Assembly (NCBI GenBank): GCA_965233585.1
Contig: CBDDTI010000746.1
Span: forward strand, 704,001-768,000
Source: a bacterium
Lineage (GTDB): Bacteria > SAR324 > NAC60-12
Direction of reading: 5' to 3'
Length of the DNA: 64,000 bases
Of the stretch, positions 9,322 through 20,108 are shown piece by piece. Numbering within the stretch: the first letter of the stretch is position 1; every line of letters starts with the position of its first letter. A model generated the notes under the pieces. The model ran no database searches. It was not told the origin of the DNA and was given only the letters and a program-made list of their open reading frames with translations. A program made the translations under genes and the position numbers.

Positions 9322-10428
9322 ATGTCTCACTTACTTTTAAAGCAAGTCAACAAAATTTATGAGTTACAAGGGTCTTCAGGTGTTCATGCTGTCAAAGACC
9401 TTTCGTTGGAAGTCAAACATGGGGAAATCATTGCATTGCTTGGGTCTTCAGGTTGTGGCAAAACTTCTACTTTAAGAATGGTTGCAGGTTTTGAGTCTGT
9501 CAGTAGTGGAGTGATTGAGTTGAACAGTCGGCAGATTCATACCTTGCTACCTGCCCAAAGAAAAGTCGCTATGGCGTTTGAAGGGTATTCTCTCTATCCT
9601 CCTCTTTCTGTTAAAGAAAATATTGTTTTTGCTTTAAAATCAAGCCAGTTTTCCAAAAAAGAAATTGAAAAGACAGTCGGACACGTCACAGAGCTTTTGG
9701 AGATTCAGGATTTGTTAGATTCACGCCCAGCTTCTCTTTCAGGAGGTCAGCAACAAAGAGTCAGCCTAGCCCGAGCATTGGTCAAGCCAGCAGACGTGTA
9801 CTTGCTTGATGAACCGATGGGACAGTTAGAACCTCAACTTAGGTCACTTCTGCGTGTGCGAATCAAACAATACCTTAAAGAAGAACACAAAACTGCCATC
9901 ATGGTGACCCACAATCAGACAGAAGCCAATGCACTGGCAGACAGAATTGCTGTCATGGAAGGTGGCATTTTACAAGATTACAACACATCAAAACACCTTC
10001 AAGATACTCCTGCCAATCTTTTTGTGGGGACATTTTTGGGAGAACCTCCTATGAATGTGATTGAGGCAAAATTGAGTATAGAAAACAATGAGCTGAAACT
10101 TTTTCTTCAAGGAAGTCAAGACGTTTTAAAATATGACCTCTCCAATTTCTCATCAGAGCAACTGAAACAAATTGAGAAAAACACCGAAGTCATTTTGGGA
10201 GTGCGCCCTCATTTTCTTCAGTTAGGAAGTGGTGATTTAAAGGCAAAGCTGATTTCTAATCAATGGTTGGGAGACCAAGTCCATTTAGCTACAAAATTTT
10301 GCCAAAATTCATTAGTGATTGTGTCTCACACCAGACAACCTTATCAGTATGGTGAGATGGTCCCTTTTTCTATTCCTCATCATGCACTCCATTTTTTTGA
10401 CACAGAAACCCAAAATCTCATTTTTTAG
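9322..10428 (+). CDS. MalK-type ABC ATP-binding protein
   Basis: GSSGCGKT, LSGGQQQR, LLDEP, VTHNQ. Confidence 0.93.
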   Translation: MSHLLLKQVNKIYELQGSSGVHAVKDLSLEVKHGEIIALLGSSGCGKTSTLRMVAGFESVSSGVIELNSRQIHTLLPAQRKVAMAFEGYSLYPPLSVKENIVFALKSSQFSKKEIEKTVGHVTELLEIQDLLDSRPASLSGGQQQRVSLARALVKPADVYLLDEPMGQLEPQLRSLLRVRIKQYLKEEHKTAIMVTHNQTEANALADRIAVMEGGILQDYNTSKHLQDTPANLFVGTFLGEPPMNVIEAKLSIENNELKLFLQGSQDVLKYDLSNFSSEQLKQIEKNTEVILGVRPHFLQLGSGDLKAKLISNQWLGDQVHLATKFCQNSLVIVSHTRQPYQYGEMVPFSIPHHALHFFDTETQNLIF

Positions 10429-10430
10429 AG

Positions 10431-12002
10431 ATGGACAAAGACATTTTAATTGGAATTGATGCAGGAACGTCTGTGATTAAATCCGTTGCATTTGACCTAG
10501 CAGGTCAGCAACTGGCTTATACTTCAAAAAAAAATCAATACATCAGCCTCCCTGATGGAAAAGTAGAGCAAGATATGGAGCAAACGTGGCTTGATACTTT
10601 TGCAACACTTCAGGAATTGGTGCGACAAATCCCTCATGCTGAAACTCGCATCAAAGGGATTGCAATTACGGGTCAAGGTAGCGGAAATTGGTTGATTGAC
10701 AAGCAGGGAAATTCTGTTGCCCCTGCTTCTCTTTGGCTTGATGCACGCGCTGCTAGCTTGGTTGATGACTTCCGCAAATCACCAAAAGAAGCCAAACGTT
10801 TTCAAATCGTGGGGACAGGTTTTGCAGCTTGCGACCAAGCCCCCCAATGGTTGTGGTTGAAACAACACCAAGCTGAACAATTACAACAAGCCACCACTGC
10901 CTTTCATTGTAAAGACTGGCTTTACTTCAAAATGACAGGGCAACGTGCGACTGACCCCTCAGAAGCTGTTTTTAGTTTTGGAGACTTTAGAACGGGACAG
11001 TACAGCGAGGAAGTTTTTGAGCTACTAGGCTTGCAGAACGAAAAACACCTACTTCCCCCTATTGTTAACGGAGTGAAGACGCATCACCCTCTCAAACCAA
11101 ACATTGCCAATGAACTTGGGATTCCATCGGGCGTGCCTGTGGTTTTGGGATATGTAGATGTCGTTTGTAGTTTGTTAGGGTCTGGATTTTATGATGAAGC
11201 TGTCAATGTGGGTTGTTCTATTGTTGGGTCAACTGGAATGCACGCTGTCCTCAAACGTCATGCAAGCCAAGTGTTGCTCAATCCAGAACAAACAGGCTAT
11301 ACGATGTTGTTGCCAATTCCTCAGCATTTTGCACAAGCTCAATCCAATCTTTCAGGCACTATCAATTTTGACTGGATTCTCAATGCCATGATGCCATTGA
11401 TGAAAAATCAAGGTGTAGAATTTTCTGCATCAAAGTTTTATGAAACGTTAGATGAAAATATGATGCAAGCCGTCTCTGGCGAGATTTTATTTTTCCCTTA
11501 TATTTCAGAAGCAGGCGAACGAGGTCCTTTTATAGAATCATCGGCACGTGCAGGATTTATTGGCTTGAATACACGTCATGATTATTACGACATGGTACGA
11601 AGCATTTTTGAAGGACTGTGTTTAGCCACTAAAGACTGTTATCAGACCATTGGTGAACTTCCTGCTGAAATCCGTCTGACTGGGGGGGCATCTAAAAGCC
11701 GTGTCTTGAGGCTTTTGTTATCCTCCATGCTCAACACTCCCGTTCGTGTTGCCAACCGAGAAGAAGCTGGTGCAACAGGGGCTGCCATGATTGCCGCAGT
11801 GTCATTGGGAATTTTCCCCAGCATGCAAGAATGCGTGAAACAATGGATTGCACCATGTTTAGGTGAGTTAGAGCAACCTGACTCTGAATTGGCTAAGACT
11901 TATCAACAGCTTTATCCCATCTATCAAGAAGCACGTCAAAATCAAAGATCTGTATGGCGTGCTTTGCAAAAACAGTCGCACGATAGACAATTCAATGAAT
12001 GA
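10431..12002 (+). CDS. eryA: erythritol/polyol kinase, FGGY family
   Basis: IGIDAGTSVIK, ITGQG, WLDARA, GERGPF, LTGG motifs; resembles recalled Brucella/Rhizobium EryA. Confidence 0.85.
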   Translation: MDKDILIGIDAGTSVIKSVAFDLAGQQLAYTSKKNQYISLPDGKVEQDMEQTWLDTFATLQELVRQIPHAETRIKGIAITGQGSGNWLIDKQGNSVAPASLWLDARAASLVDDFRKSPKEAKRFQIVGTGFAACDQAPQWLWLKQHQAEQLQQATTAFHCKDWLYFKMTGQRATDPSEAVFSFGDFRTGQYSEEVFELLGLQNEKHLLPPIVNGVKTHHPLKPNIANELGIPSGVPVVLGYVDVVCSLLGSGFYDEAVNVGCSIVGSTGMHAVLKRHASQVLLNPEQTGYTMLLPIPQHFAQAQSNLSGTINFDWILNAMMPLMKNQGVEFSASKFYETLDENMMQAVSGEILFFPYISEAGERGPFIESSARAGFIGLNTRHDYYDMVRSIFEGLCLATKDCYQTIGELPAEIRLTGGASKSRVLRLLLSSMLNTPVRVANREEAGATGAAMIAAVSLGIFPSMQECVKQWIAPCLGELEQPDSELAKTYQQLYPIYQEARQNQRSVWRALQKQSHDRQFNE

Positions 12003-12173
12003 AATACCGAATCGCACAGACAACAAACCGATGTTTCTTTTGAAAGGGACAAAGGCATTGGTCTCCACTTTGGAGAGAGGGATAAACGAAATCACTGAAA
12101 CAAATTTGTCAAAATATCTTAAAATGTCATCAAGCAATGTTTTGATGGTCTCACACTTTAATCAAGCAAAAAA

Positions 12174-13229
12174 ATGTCAAAAAAAATAGCCGTCATTGGA
12201 GACCGCTTTATGCTCCCTGATGTGTTTGTCAACGCCATTAAAAAGGCTTGTGAGCCTGCATTCACCATAGAGTTTGCCACGTTACAACTACCTTGGCCTG
12301 ATGAACCAATGGAACATGGCTACTTGCAAGCAGGTTTAGCAGGACTGAAAGAGTATCAAGGAGACCCTGAACAGATTGTTAAATTTTTACAAGGGGCAGA
12401 AATTTGGGTGAACCACTTAGCGCCTCTTTCTAAAGACATGATGGCGCAGTTGCCTGATTTGAAATTCATTGCAGTCGGACGAGGTGGACCTGTCAATATT
12501 GAGTCTGATGCACTTGAGTCTTTTGGAATCCAAATGGTCAATGTGCCGGGCAGGAACTCTACTGCTGTTGCAGAGTTTACGATTGGGGCAATCCTTGCTG
12601 AAACAAGGTTAATTCGTGCAGGACATGAGGCATTGCGTCAAGGCAACTGGAGGGGAGATTTGTACCGTGCAGATTTGACCGGAAGTGAGCTTTCAGAATT
12701 GACTGTCGGTCTGGTTGGCTATGGTGAAGTGGGAACAAAAGTTGTCAAACTCCTCAAAGTTTTTGGCTGTCAAATCTTGGTTTGTGACCCTTATGTAAAA
12801 CTTTCAGAAGATGATGCTCAATCAGGAGTGAAGCAAGTCCAGTTAGATGACTTGTTGCAACAATCTGATGTGGTCAGTCTGCATGCTAGGGTTTCCCAAG
12901 AAACAACTCATTTGATGAATGCCAGCACCCTGTCTAAAATGAAGCAAGGTAGTTTTTTGATCAACACTGCCAGAGGTCCAATCGTCAACTATGATGACCT
13001 CTACCAAACGTTAAAATCGGGACACTTACGGGGTGCAATGTTAGAGACATTTGCTGTTGAACCTCCCCCCGAAGATTGGGATTTATTGAAATTACCAAAC
13101 GTCACCTTGACTCCTCATATTGCAGGGGCATCTACTAAAACTGTGAGTTACACTGCTGAATGTCTTGCAAAGGAGATTCAGCATTATTTGCATGGGAAAC
13201 CTCCCATCAATCCTTTTCCTCTTTCTTAA
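12174..13229 (+). CDS. D-isomer-specific 2-hydroxyacid dehydrogenase family (SerA-like; probable polyol-phosphate dehydrogenase)
   Basis: GLVGYGEVG Rossmann motif, INTARG, TPHIAG. Confidence 0.88.
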   Translation: MSKKIAVIGDRFMLPDVFVNAIKKACEPAFTIEFATLQLPWPDEPMEHGYLQAGLAGLKEYQGDPEQIVKFLQGAEIWVNHLAPLSKDMMAQLPDLKFIAVGRGGPVNIESDALESFGIQMVNVPGRNSTAVAEFTIGAILAETRLIRAGHEALRQGNWRGDLYRADLTGSELSELTVGLVGYGEVGTKVVKLLKVFGCQILVCDPYVKLSEDDAQSGVKQVQLDDLLQQSDVVSLHARVSQETTHLMNASTLSKMKQGSFLINTARGPIVNYDDLYQTLKSGHLRGAMLETFAVEPPPEDWDLLKLPNVTLTPHIAGASTKTVSYTAECLAKEIQHYLHGKPPINPFPLS

Positions 13230-13252
13230 CGAACACTTAACCTAAAAACCTA

Positions 13253-13927
13253 ATGAATGTAGAAGAATACCAAATTCGTGAAAATATTGTTAAAAAATGC
13301 CGTTTGATGAATGACAGTGGCTTGAATCAAGGGACATCAGGCAATATTTCTGTTTTGTATGAAGACAGAATGTTGATCACTCCAAGTGGCACTCCGTATG
13401 ACACCATGACCCCCGAAATGATTGCTTCGGTAGAGATGAACTCAGAAGTAGGAACATTTACAGGTCCGCTCAAACCTTCTAGCGAATGGAGGTTTCACCG
13501 CTATCTTTTAAGGGACAACGACAACGTATCTGCCATTGTTCATGCTCATTCTACTTACTGTACAACTTTGGCGATTGCTAGAAAGTCTATTCCTGCATGC
13601 CATTACATGATTGCCGCTTTTGGTGGCAGTGATGTAAGATGTTCTGAATATGCACGTTACGGGACAGAAGAATTGGCTCAACATGCCATCAAAGCACTGG
13701 AAGGTCGCATGGGCTGTTTGCTTGCCAACCATGGCATGATTGCTCTTGGCGAAAATTTGGACAAAGCGATGTGGCGTGCTGTAGAATTAGAGACCATTGC
13801 CAAACAATACTATCTTTCTCTTCAGATTGAAGGAGGTCCTTTGATTCTCAACGAAGCACAAATTCAAGAGACACTGGACAGTTTTGCAACTTATGGTCTT
13901 CAAGATGGAAATCCTTCTTGTTGCTGA
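13253..13927 (+). CDS. class II aldolase/epimerase (FucA-like)
   Basis: GTSGNIS, ITPSG, KPSSEWRFH, HAHS, LANHG. Confidence 0.9.
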   Translation: MNVEEYQIRENIVKKCRLMNDSGLNQGTSGNISVLYEDRMLITPSGTPYDTMTPEMIASVEMNSEVGTFTGPLKPSSEWRFHRYLLRDNDNVSAIVHAHSTYCTTLAIARKSIPACHYMIAAFGGSDVRCSEYARYGTEELAQHAIKALEGRMGCLLANHGMIALGENLDKAMWRAVELETIAKQYYLSLQIEGGPLILNEAQIQETLDSFATYGLQDGNPSCC

Positions 13928-13962
13928 ATTTTATTTTATTTGAATCACTATTTTGAAAAGTT

Positions 13963-15468
13963 ATGAAATCAATCAGAACAGTTGATCTGTTGGTCGTTGG
14001 CGGTGGAGTCAATGGGGCAGGAATTGCCCGAGATGCCTCAGGTCGTGGGTTAAGTGTGCTTTTGTGTGAAAAAGATGACCTTGCTCAAGGGACAAGCTCA
14101 AGGTCTGGCAAGCTGATTCATGGGGGCTTGCGTTATTTGGAATATTATGAGTTCCGTCTGGTCAGAGAAGCCTTGAAGGAAAGGGAGGTGCTTTTAGAAG
14201 TTGCTCCGCATTTGGTCTTTCCCATGCGATTCGTCTTGCCCCACTCTCCAGAACAACGTCCTGTGTGGCTCATTCGTCTGGGGCTTTTTCTTTATGACAA
14301 TCTTGGAGGTAGAAAAAGGCTACCTGCTACTAGACATCTCAATTTACAAAATGTGCCAGAAGGCAAGGGAATTGAAGCACAATTCACACAAGCCTTTGAA
14401 TATTCTGATTGTGGAGTAGATGATGCCAAACTGGTCTCGTTGAATGCGCTTGATGCGAAGGAACATGGTGCAGAGGTTTTGACTCATACCAAATTTGAAA
14501 GTGCAGAACAAGAGCAAGGTGTTTGGAAAGTGACGTTGCGAAACCAAAAATCTCAAGAAAGTCTTCAAGTCCATGCCAAAGCCATCATCAATACAGCAGG
14601 ACCTTGGGTGGATCAAGTCATTCCATCTATCAAAGGTGCTTCTTCTAAATATAAAATTCGTCTGGTCAAGGGGAGTCATCTTGTTGTCAAGAAGTTCTGG
14701 GAAGGGTCTCATGCTTACCTTTTACAAAACACGGACAAGCGAGTGATTTTTGTCATTCCTTACCAAGAAGACCTTTGTGTCATTGGGACAACAGACATTC
14801 CATTTGAAGGCAATGCTGATGATGTGGTCATAGACCAAGCAGAAATTGACTATCTGTTTGGAGTGACAAATCGCTATTTTCAGCAAAAACTCACAGACCA
14901 AGACATTGTTGACACTTATTCTGGCGTCAGACCTTTGTTTGATGACGATTCAGGGAATCCAAGTGCTGTCACACGAGATTATCAAATTGAACTCAATCAA
15001 CAAGGGGGAGCGATTTTGCTTTCATTGTTTGGTGGCAAAATCACTGCTTACCGTGAAATTGCAGAAGCAGTCGTTGAAAGACTTCAACCTTTTTTCCCAA
15101 AGATGAAACCCGCTTGGACGTCAAAGCAACCCTTGCCCGGTGGGAATATTCCAGATGCTGACTTTGATGTCTTCCTTCAAACGTTGAGGCAAAGACACCC
15201 ATGGTTAGGAGACAGACTTTCTTATCACCTTGTCAGATTTTATGGGACACGCACATTCATTCTGCTTGATGATGCAGAATCTCTTGAAGACTTGGGAGAA
15301 CATTTTGGCGGAGAGTTTTATGAAAAAGAAGCACGTTACCTCATCAAATACGAATGGGCAACTTCAGTCGCAGACATTTTAGAAAGACGCACCAAACATG
15401 GACTCTTTCTTGATGCTAAACAAAAAGAACATTTTGCAAAATGGCTAGAACAAATTAATCAACAATAA
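13963..15468 (+). CDS. eryB: FAD-dependent erythritol-phosphate / glycerol-3-phosphate dehydrogenase
   Basis: GGGVNGAG, TSSRSGKLIHGGLRYLE, YSGVRPL, GGKIT; operonic with eryA. Confidence 0.85.
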   Translation: MKSIRTVDLLVVGGGVNGAGIARDASGRGLSVLLCEKDDLAQGTSSRSGKLIHGGLRYLEYYEFRLVREALKEREVLLEVAPHLVFPMRFVLPHSPEQRPVWLIRLGLFLYDNLGGRKRLPATRHLNLQNVPEGKGIEAQFTQAFEYSDCGVDDAKLVSLNALDAKEHGAEVLTHTKFESAEQEQGVWKVTLRNQKSQESLQVHAKAIINTAGPWVDQVIPSIKGASSKYKIRLVKGSHLVVKKFWEGSHAYLLQNTDKRVIFVIPYQEDLCVIGTTDIPFEGNADDVVIDQAEIDYLFGVTNRYFQQKLTDQDIVDTYSGVRPLFDDDSGNPSAVTRDYQIELNQQGGAILLSLFGGKITAYREIAEAVVERLQPFFPKMKPAWTSKQPLPGGNIPDADFDVFLQTLRQRHPWLGDRLSYHLVRFYGTRTFILLDDAESLEDLGEHFGGEFYEKEARYLIKYEWATSVADILERRTKHGLFLDAKQKEHFAKWLEQINQQ

Positions 15469-15498
15469 AGGCATCTCAAACTCCTCAAAAATACCCAA

Positions 15499-16392
15499 AT
15501 GTCAAACCCAACTTCATTGAAGAGTAAGTTTCTTTTATCAGACCACCCTTTGCCTTGGCTTTTACCAATGGTGTCAATGTTGTTGGTTTTCACAGTCTAT
15601 CCTTTCTTTTACAACATTTGGTTGAGCTTCCATGAATATTCTGTGTTCAAAAGGCGTTTAGTCTATGTTGGGGGAGAAAACTGGCAAAAGCTGTTGAGCG
15701 ATGAAAGGCTTTGGGAGGCAATGAGCATTACCATGACCTACTTTCTGGTGGTTTTGGTGGTGCAGTTGGTTTTGGGAATGTTGATTGCTTTGCTGCTGGA
15801 TTCTGATGAAAAAACTTTTGGCTTCCTGAGGAGTCTTTTGACGTTGACATTGGTCATTCCCCCTGCAATTACAGGAATGATGTTTTTGTTGATGCAAGAC
15901 CCGGAGTTTGGAATCTTAACCTACCTCTTGGAAACACTTGGTCTTTTAAGCAAAGAAAATCCGATCCTTTCTACTCCCTCTACTGCTTTGATAGGGGTGA
16001 TGATTGCTGACATATGGCAATGGACGCCATTTGTAGTGTTAATTTTCATAGCAGGTCTACGTTCTTTACCAACAGAACCTTATGAAGCGGCAATTTTAGA
16101 TGGGGCTTCTGGAGTTCAAATTTTCTTTCGCATCACATTGCCATTGATGGGACGCGTGATTGCTGTTGTGGTCTTGATTCGGGGAATTGACATTTTTCGT
16201 ATGTTTGACTACGTCTTTGTGATGACGTCAGGAGGTCCAGGGACTTCCACTTATACGCTCAGTCTTTACATTTGGCAGCAAACGTTTAGTTTCATCAAAT
16301 GGGGTTATGGGGCAACCATTAGCCTTGTCTCTCTTCTGGTTGTTCTGTTTGTCTGCAACTTGTTCATTAAAGTGACCAAAGTCAAATGGTAA
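15499..16392 (+). CDS. carbohydrate ABC transporter permease
   Basis: WQWTPF, EAAILDGA. Confidence 0.93.
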   Translation: MSNPTSLKSKFLLSDHPLPWLLPMVSMLLVFTVYPFFYNIWLSFHEYSVFKRRLVYVGGENWQKLLSDERLWEAMSITMTYFLVVLVVQLVLGMLIALLLDSDEKTFGFLRSLLTLTLVIPPAITGMMFLLMQDPEFGILTYLLETLGLLSKENPILSTPSTALIGVMIADIWQWTPFVVLIFIAGLRSLPTEPYEAAILDGASGVQIFFRITLPLMGRVIAVVVLIRGIDIFRMFDYVFVMTSGGPGTSTYTLSLYIWQQTFSFIKWGYGATISLVSLLVVLFVCNLFIKVTKVKW

Positions 16393-16434
16393 AAAATTGA
16401 TCACACAAATCCAACAAATAAAAATAGGCAAAAA

Positions 16435-17304
16435 ATGATTGTTCAATCGTATTCCAAAAGAATGATGAGAGTGGTCTTGGCATGGTTTGTTGTGCTGATT
16501 TCTGCATTTCCAATTTTTTATTGGGTTTCAGTCGCTTTTAAACATGCCAAAGATATTTTTCACATTCCTCCCAAATTGCTAGATTTTGATCCAACTTTGA
16601 AAAACTTTTATGAAGTCTTCGGTTTTTCATTTGGAGGGCAGGTAGATTTTGGAGGGGGTGCAGATTGGTTCATGCTGCCAAGATTGTGGGACTCAATTAT
16701 CATTGCACTAGGTTCTACTGCGTTGGCAGTGGTGGTGTCTGTTCTGGCAGCTTATGCTTTGAGCCGTATGAACTTTACAGGACGTCATCATTTTGTCAAC
16801 TGGGTGCTTTCAACTCGTATGCTTCCACCTGTTGCTGTGGCATTGCCAATGTTTTTGATGTTTCGTGATTTTGGTTTGATGGACACACACATTGGCATCA
16901 TTTTAATTCATGCCTTGATGAATCTGCCGCTTGGTGTGCTGTTGCTGAAAAGTTTTTTTGATGACATTCCCCAAGAAATTGACGAAAGCGCTCTCATAGA
17001 TGGGGCGTCACGGTGGGTAATTTTTCGCCGCGTTGTCTTCCCAATGGCAAAAGGAGGTGTTGCCGCAACTGCTGTGCTGTGCTTCATTTTTTCTTGGACA
17101 GAATTTTTATTTGTTCTCACACTCACCCAGACAGGATTAAAAACTGTTCCTGTTGTCTCTTCTACCTTTGTCACTTCCACAGGCACGGCATGGGGGAATA
17201 TGGCAGCACTTGGAGCAGCCGCCATCATTCCTGCTTTTCTATTCATTTTGATTGTTCAAAAACAGCTAGTCAGAGGTTTAACGTTAGGTTCACTGAAACA
17301 ATAG
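16435..17304 (+). CDS. carbohydrate ABC transporter permease
   Basis: AAYALSR, ESALIDGA, GLTLGSLK end. Confidence 0.93.
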   Translation: MIVQSYSKRMMRVVLAWFVVLISAFPIFYWVSVAFKHAKDIFHIPPKLLDFDPTLKNFYEVFGFSFGGQVDFGGGADWFMLPRLWDSIIIALGSTALAVVVSVLAAYALSRMNFTGRHHFVNWVLSTRMLPPVAVALPMFLMFRDFGLMDTHIGIILIHALMNLPLGVLLLKSFFDDIPQEIDESALIDGASRWVIFRRVVFPMAKGGVAATAVLCFIFSWTEFLFVLTLTQTGLKTVPVVSSTFVTSTGTAWGNMAALGAAAIIPAFLFILIVQKQLVRGLTLGSLKQ

Positions 17305-17537
17305 TCATTTTTTTAAAAAAATGACGTTTCTCATTTCACTAAGTCCGTAAAACTCATGTCATTGAAAAAAGTGACAAATGATGGTAATGTGAAGAAACTG
17401 ACAATAGGTCTAAAAAATTTGATACAAAAAGGCAGTCAAAGCAAATAGACTATCAAAATTGACTAAATCAACAGTTTTCAGAAAGTTGAATTTTTGAAAA
17501 CTATGAGCTTGTCAAACGTTTTGAAACCACCTCAGGC

Positions 17538-19397
17538 ATGCCCCTTTCTTTTAAAGCACTTCAAGCGATTCTTTCCACGAATCCTGATTATCTCAATCAA
17601 GATGGCAGCTTAGACAGCAGTAAACTACACAAGTTGGTTCAAAGCAGTGATGCCTCATTGATTGCTTTGTTATTAAGTCATCAAGAAACCAAAGCTACGT
17701 TCTTCATTCAACAAGGCAATCATAGTGTCTTCCTAAGGGACAAGCTGATTGATTACATATCGCACAAGGATTTTTTAGCCAATTCTTATACGCGTTATAA
17801 AAATAAAATCGGCTTGCATGATGGAACAAACTATCTGAAAAAAACCAATGATGTTGTTCTAAACTTTCCTTTTAAAGATTGCATCTTAGAAGGTGGACAA
17901 ATCAAAGATGATGACAAACAAGGAGAAGTTTATTTGAATGAAGTGTTAGCTTACATAGAAATAGACAGGCTATTTGATAAAAAAGTCTTCACTTCTGCCA
18001 AAAAATACACTTCAAAAGGACAACAAAGCATCGCAACGTTCAACAGAGATGAAAACGGAGTTATCAAAGATAATCTTATCATCAAAGGGAACAATTTAAT
18101 CGCTTTACATAGCATCAAACATCAGTTTAGAGGCAAAGTTAAACTGATTTACATTGACCCACCTTACAACACAGGCAATGACAGCTTTAACTATAATGAC
18201 CATTTTAACCATTCTACTTGGTTAGTTTTTATGAAAAATCGTTTGGAAGTTGCCAAAGAATTGCTAAGAGATGATGGCGTCATTTTTGTCAGCTGTGACC
18301 ACCATGAACAAGCCTATTTAAAAGTTTTGATGGACGAAGTTTTTGGAAGGGAGAATTTTATTGTCAATTTTGTTTGGGAGACTAAAAAGGGAGCGCAAGG
18401 GATTGTGACTAAAAATATGGTTGTTAACAACCATGAAAATTTAATTGTCTTTTCAAAAACAGAAAATGCTTTTTCTTTTAGGGGATTAGAAAGAGAGGAG
18501 GCTGATTTTGCAAATCCTGACCATGACCCAAGGGGAAAATGGAAAAGGCAATACCTTCAAAGGTTTGGACAAAACTTTAGTCAAAAAACTATTGTCAATC
18601 CCCAAAATAAAATGACCTTTACTTTTGAAACACCCTATTCACAAGAAAAATTAGACCAATGGATCACAGAAGGTTACATCATCTTTCCTGACTCACCAGA
18701 CCAATACCCTGCAAGAAAAGAGTTTTTGAAAGATTATAAAAATAAAAAGCAATGTGTGTCTTCATTAGGTTTGTATTCTACAAAAGCAGGTACTGAAGAA
18801 TTGTATAAACTTTTTGACAATCAAAAAGTTTTTAAGAATCCAAAGCCAGAAAAACTTATTTCTTTTATTATTGAGCAATCTACTCTACCCAATGACATTG
18901 TTTTGGATTTTCATTTAGGAAGTGGTACAACTGCTGCTGTGGCTCATAAGATGGGGAGGCAATACATTGGAATTGAGCAGATGGATTACATAGAACAAGT
19001 TGCAGTGGAGCGACTTAGAAAAGTGATTGATGGTGAACAAGGAGCAGTTTCTAAAAGTGTAGAATGGCAAGGAGGAGGTGAGTTTATTTATTTAGAGTTA
19101 AAAAAATACAATCAACATTTTGTAGAGCAAATTCAACAGGCACAAACGACAAAAGAATTGTTAGAGATTAGAAAAGTTCTTTTAGAAAAAGGTTTTATAG
19201 ACTATCGTTTGAATGTTGAGGCAATCAAAGCAAATGACCAAGAATTTAAAAAGATCACATTAGAACAACAAAAACAAATCTTATTTGAGTTTTTAGATAA
19301 AAATCAGTTGTATGTCAATTATTCTGAAAGAAAAGATGAAACGCACAGTTGCACTGACGAAGAAAAAGAACTTTCAAAAAAATTTTATGAGGAGTAA
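17538..19397 (+). CDS. mod: Type III R-M DNA methyltransferase (Mod), copy 1
   Basis: KVKLIYIDPPYNTG (motif IV), variable TRD, VLDFHLGSGTT (motif I), upstream of res. Confidence 0.93.
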   Translation: MPLSFKALQAILSTNPDYLNQDGSLDSSKLHKLVQSSDASLIALLLSHQETKATFFIQQGNHSVFLRDKLIDYISHKDFLANSYTRYKNKIGLHDGTNYLKKTNDVVLNFPFKDCILEGGQIKDDDKQGEVYLNEVLAYIEIDRLFDKKVFTSAKKYTSKGQQSIATFNRDENGVIKDNLIIKGNNLIALHSIKHQFRGKVKLIYIDPPYNTGNDSFNYNDHFNHSTWLVFMKNRLEVAKELLRDDGVIFVSCDHHEQAYLKVLMDEVFGRENFIVNFVWETKKGAQGIVTKNMVVNNHENLIVFSKTENAFSFRGLEREEADFANPDHDPRGKWKRQYLQRFGQNFSQKTIVNPQNKMTFTFETPYSQEKLDQWITEGYIIFPDSPDQYPARKEFLKDYKNKKQCVSSLGLYSTKAGTEELYKLFDNQKVFKNPKPEKLISFIIEQSTLPNDIVLDFHLGSGTTAAVAHKMGRQYIGIEQMDYIEQVAVERLRKVIDGEQGAVSKSVEWQGGGEFIYLELKKYNQHFVEQIQQAQTTKELLEIRKVLLEKGFIDYRLNVEAIKANDQEFKKITLEQQKQILFEFLDKNQLYVNYSERKDETHSCTDEEKELSKKFYEE

Positions 19398-19400
19398 AAA

Positions 19401-19837
19401 ATGATTATTTATCTTGATAATTGTTGTTTTAACAGACCTTTTGATGATCAAAGGTATTTATCTATTAAAATAGAAACTGAATGTAAATTGTTTATACAAC
19501 AAGCCATTAAAGAAGGAAAATTGATTTTATGTTGGTCATACATTCTTGATTTTGAAAATCATCAAAACCCTTTTTTAGAAAGAAAAATACAAATCCAAGA
19601 ATGGAAAAATATAGCTCTTAAAGACACTGAAGAAACAACAGAAATTTTAAAAATAGTGAAGACTTTCACTGCACTTGGATTCAAACCTTTAGATGCTTTA
19701 CATTTAGCTTGTGCCGTAGAAATGAAATCAGATTATTTTATCACGGTTGATAAAGGTATTTTAAAAGTATCTGAAAAATATTATCTCTTAAAATTATATC
19801 TCCTGTTGATTTTGTAAAATTATTAGAAAAAACATGA
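19401..19837 (+). CDS. PIN-domain (VapC-like) toxin; C-terminus appears frameshifted near 19774-19778
   Basis: IYLDNCCFNRPFDDQ, DALHLACA, FITVD PIN motifs; ORF as read ends at 19817, shifted frame ends at 19837. Confidence 0.85.
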
Positions 19838-20046
19838 TGACTGATACCGAATTGAAAATCCATGCTTTTGAAGTGTTGAATCAACATCTTGGTCTTGTAG
19901 AAATGGAAAGGTTTATTGCTTTGATTCAGCAAGAACAGTTTGATTATACGCATTGGAGAACAACTTTATTCCAAGGGCTTGATGGTCAAACAATTAGCCA
20001 ATTAGCAATGGATTATAAGAAAAATCAAAATACACAAATTGAATAA
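19834..20046 (+). CDS. small protein, putative antitoxin partner of the PIN toxin
   Basis: 70 aa, LGLVEMERFI..I....FDYT.WR pattern recalled from small genes adjoining this PIN type; start overlaps the corrected PIN stop. Confidence 0.65.
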   Translation: MMTDTELKIHAFEVLNQHLGLVEMERFIALIQQEQFDYTHWRTTLFQGLDGQTISQLAMDYKKNQNTQIE

Positions 20047-20108
20047 TTTTTTATTCCTATTTAGCTCTATCCGTATTTTCAACAAACAAGTTTTAAAACT
20101 ATTGCAAC

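Noticed and set aside
11959..12189. Small ORF bridging eryA and the dehydrogenase
   Set aside because: It overlaps both neighbours and has no recognisable motif; it cannot be supported as a gene.
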